A stretch of 64,000 nt of DNA from Phyllosticta citribraziliensis (taxonomy: Eukaryota). The notes beneath the pieces were generated by a model that was not told where the DNA came from, did no database searches, and saw only the letters and a program-made list of their open reading frames with translations. This document shows, one piece after another, positions 54,968 through 64,000 of this stretch. The first letter of the stretch is position 1, and each line of letters begins with the position of its first letter. The stretch lies in NCBI RefSeq assembly GCF_038025025.1, contig NW_027117342.1, positions 682,001-746,000 on the forward strand, read 5' to 3'. A program made the position numbers and the translations under genes.

Positions 54968-57931
54968 TTAGCGTCGCCCACGCCCGGCCTTCGCTGAGGC
55001 AGCCTCGTCTAGGCCGCTAATCGCCGCAAGCTTGTTGACTTGAGCCTTCGAGAAAGAGAATACCTGCTTCAAATGACGGTAAACCTGGGGAAATGAGCTC
55101 CGATCAAATGCATACTCATCCTTGTTTTTAAGTGAGTCCCTGTTCAGGACGATGATGAGGCCGTATTGCGCTCGAGAAATTGCAACGTTGACTCGGTTGT
55201 TCTCTTTCAGAAACCCAATTTTGCTCGTTCTCACAAAATCCACGATGACAAAGTCGAATTCTCGCCCTTGAACTGAGTCGAAAGTTTCAAGCTGCAAATC
55301 GGAGATCGAAGGGGTCGCCTTGGCCAACTCGCTTCGCGCGATGTCATAGAGATCTCGTTGTGCAGTGTACGGGACCAGAAGAGCGATTCTGGAGGCGGAA
55401 ATTCCCTCGTGAACAAGTCTGCGAATGCAGTCCATGACAATCTTCACATTGACAACGTTGAAGTGCGACTTGGAAGCGCTCTCGCGCTGGTCGTCGCCAT
55501 ATTTGACATGAAAGAAAAAGGCACTGCGGTCGTCGGCTCCCAACGAATATTCCTTTTGCATGGCGCGTCGAAAGGGCAGCGCTTGCTCATTCAGTCTCTT
55601 GTTGACGCTCGCCGGGGTAACCAGTCCACCCTCGTAGAAAGTGTCTGAGTATATCTTGGCGATTGAGCTCACGCTTCTACGCTGCTCAACAAGCATTTTG
55701 GCCGGATATCCGATCTTGCGGAGCCTGGTCATGGCTGACAGAAGCCTTTGGTCGCGGAAAGAGTTCTGGAAGCTTGTTGCAGGCTGCAGCTGCTTGGAAT
55801 CACCCACAAGAAGCTTTGTGCCCTTTGGATACCTTGCGAAAATAGGCCAGAGATCCGGGTCAGTGGCGCGGGAGGCTTCATCAACAATGATTGCGCTGGG
55901 CTTGATGAAGTTGAAGAGCTGGCGATCGCCGGCAACTCCGAGAGATGCCACCACAACGTCGGCTTTCATCAACGCGGCTGTGCGGAGCTCCTCTACCAGT
56001 AAATCAAGCTGGGCTTTTAACTCTTGGTCAGCCATTTCTTTCCGCCGGAAGCACTGGCAAAGATTGCGCAATGAAGAGAAGCGCGACTGTCCCTTCTTGG
56101 CATACAGGCTGTCCATAAAGCCCGACATCTGGAACATCAGGTTTGCCAGGCTGTACTCTTCGAGCCTCAAGCGCTCATCCACAATCTCGGCGTTATGGTA
56201 TGTCGGAAGATTGTTGAGAAAAAGCAATCTCTCGGTTTCCATGGAGTGTAGCCTAACGACCGTCAAATTCCGAGTCGAGGCAAGTTGGCGACTCGTCTGG
56301 TCGCAGAGAGACTTGACACGCACAGCGATGTCATCGACGCTAAGATTGGACGTCGAGAGGAGCAACACGGGCGGACCCTTCGTCATGCTGCGGCGGTCGG
56401 AGAAAACCAAAGGCTGGACCATGTTGGCAATTAAGAAGGTTTTCCCTGTGCCAGGTGGTCCCTCCACGATCCCGACACCATTTGGCAAAGCCCTGGTTAA
56501 TTCCAAAGCTGCGGCCTGTCCGGGATTGAGTCTTGACATGGCCAGCCACAGAGCCTCGGAGGCTTGCTCGTCACGTTCAACATCAGCGTACATGTCGATG
56601 GACTTTTGCTTCGGAATCATGTGGCCCAGCAAGACACCTTTGACCCATTGGCAACCGGGCTCCTCAGTGATGATCTGCAGGGCTCTCAGGGACCTTTGGA
56701 TGTGAATGGCCTTTCCTTCGTCATGATTGCGGTAGTCGACACCGAGTTGCGGAGCCTGGCGGATGGCGTCACAGATGGTACTTTCAGACGCTGTGCTTCC
56801 CACGGTAATTGCAGCCGAAAGCACATTCGCATTCCATTGATTTGTCCAGTCGTTGACGTCCTGGCGAATCCGGAGAGTAACTGTCTTTGGAAGTGTCGAG
56901 AAATTTTTCTCCACAACGGTTGCATTGGCACTGGGCCTCTCCATGTCGTCAGAGGCATCCTCATTGTCAGAAACCGTCTCCGAGGTGGGCCTTCCGAAGT
57001 AAATCTTGAGCATTTCGCCCCTGCCAAGTCGGTATTTCTGGGGATCATGCTCGAGGACACCGAAAAGACAGCCACTCGCAGAGTCCGCGATCAAAACCAA
57101 ACGGATTTTTGACTGATTGGTATCAAAACGTGCCGCGTCCCCTTCCTCTTCCTCAGTGGCTGCGATGCGCATGATTGTGGCATACTGAAGCCACTCGCTG
57201 AAGACAATCTGAGCGGGCAATCTCAGGCTTTTCCGCTCTTCTTTTGCCTTAAGGTCGGAACACGTGAAGTTTATGGCAGACGAGCGATAGAACTGGTGTA
57301 AAGGTTCCACTTGTCGAAGCTTTTCGAACAATCTGTTAAACTCTTCCAACTCTTTTGTCGGCTCGAACAACCTCCAGCCAAGGGCGTAAATAGTTCCATT
57401 TTGAGCAAAGCATTGCCGTACTTTCTCGATCGTAGCTTGATGCGATCCATGCGATATCCAGCGAGTCTCTAGGCCTATGGATGGCGGGTATTTGGCGTAG
57501 GAGACTTTGAGAATGTGCAGCGGCCTGCTCATTTTCGCTGCGACCCCGATGCAACGAGCGAGGTCTCCGCGTTCCAGACCAAAAAGACTCATGGCTTTGT
57601 CCATTGTATCGTCGGTCAGCATTTCAGCCGTCATGCGAGATGGCTTGCCGTTCTCATCGACAACTGTAGTGCGATTCAACCGCACGAGGATATCGGAAGT
57701 ATGTTTGACACACACATTGTTGTTGCGCAGATCATAGCATCGGAGATTGCAATCTACGACGGAGTCATAACCGCGATGTTCCTCGAAGAGCAGAGAGGAG
57801 TCGATGTGTGGAATACCGTCGCGTATCTTGAGATCGTTTACATATGCCTCAGCGCCAACGACAGTGGGCTCGGTGTCGCCCATGGGCTTGATTGCCAGAA
57901 TGCAAGGAAAATTGAAAGCGCGGCCTGTCAT
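54968..57931 (-). CDS. Second Upf1/Sen1-like SF1 helicase, ~987 aa, intronless
   Basis: EGPPGTGKT, IIVDEASR, LVGDSKQLQP, EQRRS, TFDSVQGREFD and NRVNVAISRAQ. MTGRAFNFPCILAI aligns with the N-terminus of 34050-37085, which places the start at 57931. Confidence 0.9.
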   Translation of the reverse strand: MTGRAFNFPCILAIKPMGDTEPTVVGAEAYVNDLKIRDGIPHIDSSLLFEEHRGYDSVVDCNLRCYDLRNNNVCVKHTSDILVRLNRTTVVDENGKPSRMTAEMLTDDTMDKAMSLFGLERGDLARCIGVAAKMSRPLHILKVSYAKYPPSIGLETRWISHGSHQATIEKVRQCFAQNGTIYALGWRLFEPTKELEEFNRLFEKLRQVEPLHQFYRSSAINFTCSDLKAKEERKSLRLPAQIVFSEWLQYATIMRIAATEEEEGDAARFDTNQSKIRLVLIADSASGCLFGVLEHDPQKYRLGRGEMLKIYFGRPTSETVSDNEDASDDMERPSANATVVEKNFSTLPKTVTLRIRQDVNDWTNQWNANVLSAAITVGSTASESTICDAIRQAPQLGVDYRNHDEGKAIHIQRSLRALQIITEEPGCQWVKGVLLGHMIPKQKSIDMYADVERDEQASEALWLAMSRLNPGQAAALELTRALPNGVGIVEGPPGTGKTFLIANMVQPLVFSDRRSMTKGPPVLLLSTSNLSVDDIAVRVKSLCDQTSRQLASTRNLTVVRLHSMETERLLFLNNLPTYHNAEIVDERLRLEEYSLANLMFQMSGFMDSLYAKKGQSRFSSLRNLCQCFRRKEMADQELKAQLDLLVEELRTAALMKADVVVASLGVAGDRQLFNFIKPSAIIVDEASRATDPDLWPIFARYPKGTKLLVGDSKQLQPATSFQNSFRDQRLLSAMTRLRKIGYPAKMLVEQRRSVSSIAKIYSDTFYEGGLVTPASVNKRLNEQALPFRRAMQKEYSLGADDRSAFFFHVKYGDDQRESASKSHFNVVNVKIVMDCIRRLVHEGISASRIALLVPYTAQRDLYDIARSELAKATPSISDLQLETFDSVQGREFDFVIVDFVRTSKIGFLKENNRVNVAISRAQYGLIIVLNRDSLKNKDEYAFDRSSFPQVYRHLKQVFSFSKAQVNKLAAISGLDEAASAKAGRGRR

Positions 57932-58830
57932 GGCTGCGCGTACTGGGTCACTGTTGTTTGGCCGTACGAATTTCAGCTCCAGCGCGTTGCATGAGTACGG
58001 AGGGGGGAACCAACCTTTGCAAGAATCCGGGCGGAGTAAATTGGAATGTTGACCAGATCTTGAGTTTGGTCCAATGCGAGCGTGGTGATGAGAGTTGAAT
58101 GGAAGTGTGGGGTTCGGTGGGCTGCAAGCGGTGATGGCTGAGGTAGAAGTGGGCACAGCAACCTGAGGCAGGATGGAGTTTCTGGTGCTCGCTGTCGGTG
58201 GTAACTGGCGGGAAGCGATCGTCTGCCCTGCGTAAGAAGCTGGGGAGCTGTGATTCAACACCACACTTACGCCTATGACGGAGGACGATGGAGAGAGGAA
58301 GATGGCGGGTGACGGGGTCTTTGGTGTGTTTGGCAGAGTGGACAGGTGAGCGCTACTCATGAACACTCCTCGGGGATGGCTCTTTTGCTGGCTCGGGTAG
58401 CGGTAGGGCACCAGTTCGAAAAATGGCAGGCAATCTGCCAAGTTGTTGTCGCCCTGTGGGAGTGTTAAAAATGGAAATTTGCGGTGTCAAAATTGCTCAG
58501 CCGACCAAAATTCGTTCCTCCAGCCATGATCTTCCGCACAGTCCAGCACCCTCCATCTCCTCCAAGACAAGGAAAAGTTTGCGCCAACGGGTATACTCTC
58601 CCCTCTCGTCTGCTCCGTCTCTCAAGCCCCCCGTTCACTCGAATTTCTCAAACACAACGCTTCCTGACAAGTCCTTCTCCTCTTTTGCACAGCTCTCTAC
58701 CATTTTCGTCGCCGACCAAACCCCAAGCTCCCCGAAGACGCGCTCTCCTCATTCCACCTCGGTCTACGCTTCCTCTCTCTATCCTTGAAGTCTCTCTCCG
58801 CGCTTCAGCCCCGCAGAAAACCACAGAAGC

Positions 58831-60587
58831 ATGGCGGCGCGCAGCCAAATCGCCGCCTCTATCCAGGCTTTTGCGGATGGCGCTGGCAGCGAAGCTGCAC
58901 GAGACGAAAGGATCGAAGATATTATGGACATCTGTCGCATGATTAAGAGCCGAACTTGGAACGGGAATGGACTTGGCGACATCACCAACGCCGTTGAACT
59001 CCATCCGGTGACCTCTGGATTCGAAGCGGCCAACAAAAGACAAGGAGCGGCCAACACTGCGCGGGCTACAAACAAGCGCCCAGCCTCTCAACTTCCCACA
59101 GGAGACGAGGCTCCGAGTTCCAAAAGGCGGACCGCTGGCTCGAGGGCGGCTACAAATTCGATCAACCAGGAGGCCAAAGGCCAGAAGCTGCGCCCGAGTC
59201 CAGATGCAGGAAACAGTCAAGAGACTCTTGCGGAGGAGCCTGTGAGGTCCTTTGATCATCTCATTATTTCCTTGGCTTACACGTTCACAGGAAGATGAGC
59301 CCGACCGAGTTCCAGTCTCATTCCAACTTGCCGTGGACCGGGCCAAATTTCCAGACTCGCGCATGACCTTCTACGACGGCGGAGAGAGCATCGTCGATCT
59401 CAGCCACACTGCCCTACAGAACTTGGCACATCGGCCGCTCACCACGGCAAAGGAATTGAAAGACGTGGAATATGTGAGAGACGCAACAATCTATCTCTGC
59501 AAAGTGCTGGGAATTGCTGGAATTGAAGCTCTCCGACGCAAGATGTCTCACTTGCGTGAGAGCAGGCCAGTCCCATCATCTCAGGAACCGATCACCTCAG
59601 CAGTAGATGTGCCAACTGAGCTCCGGATGATTTTGCAAAATCTCTTCACGGGTGCTGGCTACCTCGCTTCTTTCGAAAACAAGGAGTACGTGCTTTGCAA
59701 GTCCGCCGCTGAGCTCGCACGTTTGTGGCATCTTCTTAAAGAGCGACTTGCTCGCGAGGATGATGAGTACACTGGCTTCATAGAGCAGAACGAAGATTGC
59801 CGTATGCTCAAGCGAGACAATCGCAACAGGACTAATGAGGCTCTCTGCCTAGGGTGGCTTACTCTACAGTATCATCCCCATGCAAGACACCATGCCAGCG
59901 GGATCCGTACGAAGGAGTTCGCAAAAGCACGGGAGCAAATCAAGCACAAGATTGGTGCCGGTGAGCACATGATGCTGCTCGAGGACTATTTCGGAGATGC
60001 CGTCTTTTTGCTGATCCTTCCAGGATGGACAGGCATGTACGTCAAGCCATTCCATCCCACTCCTTCTGTACTGAAATTGCTTTAGATTCAAGAAGGGCCG
60101 TTGCCAATTCACTCAACAGGTGTTGGACGACATTTTCCTTGAGCATTGTCCAGACCTTCCCGCCATTTGTCGCCAACTTGCCCCCGCCGCTTCTGGCTTT
60201 GACCAAGAGGGTGGCTCGCTGCCCAAGTTCGAATTCGAAATCCCAGGTGCGCTCGATGGGGGCAACTTGTCTCTGGCTCATCTGCTTTCTACTGTTGAAG
60301 GTGGAGCAAATCCCTTCCGATCTGAGAATGATGCACCTGGAACAGTGATGGCCGTGGGTCTTGCAGGCGCTACAGCTGGTGCCGACCCTGTTTTGGGCCC
60401 GACCAGTGGTGTAGACCCGACGACCGCAAGTTTTGCAGCATCTGAGCACGAGAAAGAGCACACCAGCGGCTGGAGCAACAATCCCGCTGTTATTCAGGAC
60501 GAGAGTGCAGTGGAGGAGTCTGAGGATCCCAACGATACGTCCCCTGCTTCTAACTTCACTGAAGACGAGGATGAGGAGGACTATTGA
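58831..60587 (+). CDS. Hypothetical protein, ~552 aa, three exons (introns 59242-59290 and 60037-60085)
   Basis: Two 49-nt GT-AG introns join three ORFs into a 1659-nt frame. Acidic C-terminal tail. Divergently oriented from the SF1 helicase. Confidence 0.75.
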
Positions 60588-61099
60588 GCCAGTCGCCGTA
60601 TTGGACGATCAGGGAGGACAATAGTGCGCTGCCGGATGGGTTGAGGCGTATGAAGCATTACAACAGCAAATCATTAGCGGTGAAAACACTGAGAAATAAC
60701 TCATAATGAAGGATGTCAATTGGAGAATGCCCACAAAGAAATACAGAGCCAATCTGGCTTTTTTCTGGCTGATGCTCGTGACGAACCGAAGTACAAAACA
60801 ACCGTGGATCGCTCATTGCTTTCCCAATTTGCCAAAGGTTCGGTTTCTTTGTTTGAGTTCAATACCTACTCATTGTTTGCACTTTCCGAACAATGGTGGA
60901 GTCTGCATGAATGCTCCTCGGGGCGCTGGCGCAAAAGTCTGCTACTAACGCGTCACTGTGGCAGCACAAGGTTGCTCCAAGCATGCTCGCAGCAGCTGCC
61001 GCCTCGAGCGACGTATAATATATCTCAGGAAGAAGTTAATGCAGTTGGCTCTTTTTATCTACTGCAGAATTTGCTTCACATCATAGGCACGTGGTGCTC

Positions 61100-62270
61100 C
61101 ATAACCAGGGTTTGAATGTTTGGATGCTCCCGAACATCTTCCTCCTACTTCCTGCTCACAACTGCCAAACCCACTCCGACAGGCATGCCGAGGACACCAA
61201 TGAACTCGATTTTCTCCCAGATCTGGCAATGCTCGCAGTGAAAAGTATACAATTTTCGGGTCCGCGAAGTAGCCTTCTTGCTGGGGCCACCGATCAGAGG
61301 GATGAGGATGCAGTGAGGGACACGTCGCAACGAGCCTCTGATGTCGTCGCGGTGAGGGAAATTGTTTGTCGCCGGTAAATCCTTTCCGTCCGTAAGGATT
61401 TAGAAGTGAGGGCGACCGATGAAGGGCTCAAGAAGGGTCTTGGCATACTTCGCCATTTCAAAGTGGAAATTCGGGTCGTCCCAGACAGAGATCGACCTCT
61501 GAGGCAGCTTTCACCATTTGTCTTTGGACGGTTGGCCAATGCAGTGAGGGACTTGGCGTGAAATGTCGCAAGTATCGTTACGGCCCGCGGAAAAATCCTA
61601 AGTAGAGAGGATATTCTCCCCATTCGCAATGACAAAGTGCTTGATGTCTCCAATGAACGGCTCAAGTAACGATTTGGCATTCAGTTGCATCTCAAAAAGA
61701 AACGCTGGGTTGCAAAATACTGCGATATGTCCCATCAAGTAGCTGGGTTCGCTTGGGCGGAGTAGGTTCAACAGCACGCTCCCATTTGGTGGTTTGTAGA
61801 CTCGGCCTTGGGTACGAACGCGGAGCAGATTCTTCATGCCCCAAGTCTGCGGGCCATCTCGACCGGAGTGGCGAATGATTTTTTTGATCGCATGGCGGTC
61901 AAATTGTAACCATGGCAAGCGGGCTTGTGGTGGGACGGCGCCTTGAACGACGACCTGGTTGTTTGCTTTGTTGGTTCTGGATGCAGATCCGCTGGTGGTG
62001 CTTACCCATCGTCATCATCGTCGTCTTCAGCAAGCGTCAGATCGATCACAACCTTGGGCTTTTTTGGCGCAGGGCCTTCTTCGTCGTGGTCTGTTGTTGG
62101 ACGTGTCGGTGGAGGTGGAGCACCAGCCTCGGGCTTAATTTTTGGCGTCGTGCTTGCGCTTGTAATTGCATTGGTAGCAAGGATGGCCAGGTTTCGGCGG
62201 ACTTCTGAAGACGTGGACTGCGTGCTCTGCCTGGGCAGGAGGCTGATAAGCTCGTCCGTGGAAATCTATT
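61100..62270 (-). pseudogene. Fourth, degraded His-Me endonuclease family paralogue
   Basis: HSGRDGPQTWGM...FIGDIKHFVIANGENILST*DFSAGRNDTCDISRQVPHCI matches HPQGTQDFGL...FIGHLNHWDPTKGQTILSANPNKFPPGREHPRDISARINGCI. FHCEHC matches FPCNRC. Multiple stops, and no intact nuclease motif seen. Confidence 0.65.
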
Positions 62271-62786
62271 TCACACACAAGTAGTTAGCTTTCTACTCGT
62301 CTTTACCAGGCTGCAGCAGGGATCCTGACTTCTGATCTGGACATTTTGGCGTGAGAGAGATGGTGATGTAGGGTAAAAGAGGTGAGGGGAAAAGGCGGGA
62401 AAGAGAGCGATGGGTATTTCATTGAAAGGTCCGGCATGGCCTGCTGCCGGGATAGGCAGGTTAACCATTGTTATCATTTTTGTCTCCATCAACCGTGAGA
62501 TTGATCACAACCTTGAGCCTTTTCGGCGCCGGGGCTTGTTCGTCGTGGTCTGTTGGCGGACGTGTCGGAAGGCGCGCATGATCGTCCTCCGACTTGATTG
62601 CTATCCGTGACTGTCCGATGCTGTGTGCGGTGGGAGGGAACAGACTCTGACGCTTGGACCGGGGGACTTCTTCGTCGACATCACTCGCGTCGTCGACTCT
62701 CGCACGCTTCAAGGCGAAGACCTCTTCCTCAGTCAACTCTCTGGGCTTCCGCTGCCTGGGATACGAGCCAGAATGCGGCAATACAC

Positions 62787-62973
62787 GACTGCTCCCTGAG
62801 TGCGGCTGCAGCAGCAGATGGACGCTCCTGAAGCGCAACTGTATCAGGGAGTGAATGCTTCAAAAGCGCGGCTGGAGCAGCAGACGGATGCTCCTAAAGT
62901 TCAACTGCAGCAGCAGATGAATGGTCCTGAAGCGCGACTGTGGCAGCGGAGGAACGCTCCCCAGATGCACTCG
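62787..62973 (-). repeat. 33-bp tandem repeat (~5.5 units), MITE-internal family, inverted orientation
   Basis: The reverse-complement unit ATCTGCTGCTGCAGCCGCACTCAGGGAGCAGTC closely matches AATCGCTGCTGCAGCTGCACTTGAGGAGCATAC at ~17264. Confidence 0.8.
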
Positions 62974-63234
62974 CTGCCCTGTCTCCTCATTCGTTTCCTA
63001 AAGCGGGCCGTGGATATCACAACATGGGTCGAGGGGAAAAGCTTCGAGTTTTCAAACCAGGGCTGCATCGCTCAAGGCCACTGGCAACATTTTGTGAACA
63101 GTCATTTCTCCTAAATGCTGTCTATCCTATCTTCCATGAACAAACAGCTGCAGTCCGCCCGATGTGGCACTCCTCCAAGGAAAGACGGGCCTTCGCGATA
63201 TCTCGGTGCAAGGCGCGACGTTGCCGGTTTCGTC

Positions 63235-64000
63235 AGCCGCGGTCGTCTTCCCCAAGCCAAAGTCAAGTCCAAGGCATGCATAACCAAGCTTAAAAAGCAT
63301 TTCCACTGTCCAGTCCAACGGCAAAACCTGATGGGCTTTCAGCTGCCGGCTGCTTCCCTCGACCATCCAGGTTTCTGGGTCGTCCTTGGTGAAACCAAAC
63401 GGATCGCATGCCGCCTGAAATGAGCGTGCTTTAGCAGATGACTTGTTGAGCATGGCTTGCAAAGCAAAGAAGTCCCGATTTCCTTCACAACCTTGGTCCA
63501 TGATCTCTTTGGCAGTCAGATCGATGTCGGGTTGGGCCGTATCCATCGGTTGTGCTGTTTTTCCGTTCAACAAGTGGTCAAGAGGCAGGCTTGGCTTCTG
63601 CATCTGTGGGTAAACGACGTGTTTTCCTTTTTGCGTTGACTGGAAAATAGAAAGAAGGATCTTCTCACCATGGTGAGGAGGGATCGAGGGGCGGTGAGGC
63701 AGTTTGGTGAACGACTCGTGGATTGACTTGATGAGCACCTTTTGCATCGACTGGAAAATGGAAAGAAGGATCTTCTCACGGTGGTGAGGAGGGATGGAGG
63801 GGCGGTGAGGCAACTTGGCGTAAGACTCGTGAATTGACTTGATGAGCACCCCTTGCGCACCCCCAAACCTCTTTTGCGTCGACTGGAAAATGGGAAGAAG
63901 AATCTTCTCACGGTGGTGAGAATGGATCGAGGGGCGGTGAGGCAGTCTGGCGAACGACTCGTGGATTGACTTGATGAGCACCCTTTGCGCATTCTCAACC
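63235..64000 (-). pseudogene. Third SNF2-family paralogue, N-terminal fragment truncated after motif I
   Basis: LQAMLNKSSAKARSFQAAC...LKAHQVLPLDWTVEMLFKLGYACLGLDFGLGKT versus LQSALNKTTAQSRTIEEAC...LKPHQVLSLDWALQMITTLGFAYLSSDVGMGKT. Confidence 0.8.
63635..63992. repeat. 111/132-bp tandem repeat (3 units) inside the SNF2 relic
   Basis: GACTGGAAAAT recurs at 63638, 63749 and 63881. Confidence 0.9.

Noticed and set aside
57932..58441. 170-aa N-terminal extension of the second helicase
   Set aside because: TTG start, low complexity, and no counterpart in frame in the paralogue. ATG 57931 aligns with the paralogue's N-terminus.
19300..64000. Starship captain (DUF3435 tyrosine recombinase), DDE transposase, Helitron Rep or viral polB/capsid gene
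   Set aside because: No such motifs were recognised in any ORF, apart from the copia integrase. The element class cannot be assigned from this window.

Overview
Eukaryotic, most likely ascomycete fungal DNA, judged from ~46-76 nt GT-AG introns with CTRAY branch sites and a Ty1/copia element. Bases 1-16213 are one uninterrupted minus-strand ORF of more than 5,400 codons. It encodes a putatively secreted Thr/Pro/Ser-rich tandem-repeat adhesin and runs off the window start, so the ORF track misses it. After one hypothetical gene, everything from ~20 kb to the window end is an accessory island built from repeated, diverged paralogues of a few nucleic-acid-acting families. These are a SNF2-type ATPase (1 intact copy with a DQAH Walker B, 2 relics), an Upf1/Sen1-like SF1 helicase (2 intact, 2 relics), a His-Me finger endonuclease family with an unrecognised N-terminal domain and SUMO-interacting-like motifs (4 copies), and an unrecognised ~310-320 aa 'family X' protein (3 tandem copies plus a tail fragment). 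A recent full-length copia retrotransposon interrupts one family X copy, and a MITE family with an internal 33-bp repeat is scattered across the window. I saw no transposase, tyrosine recombinase or capsid gene that would explain the island. All alignments were done by eye and no database searches were run.
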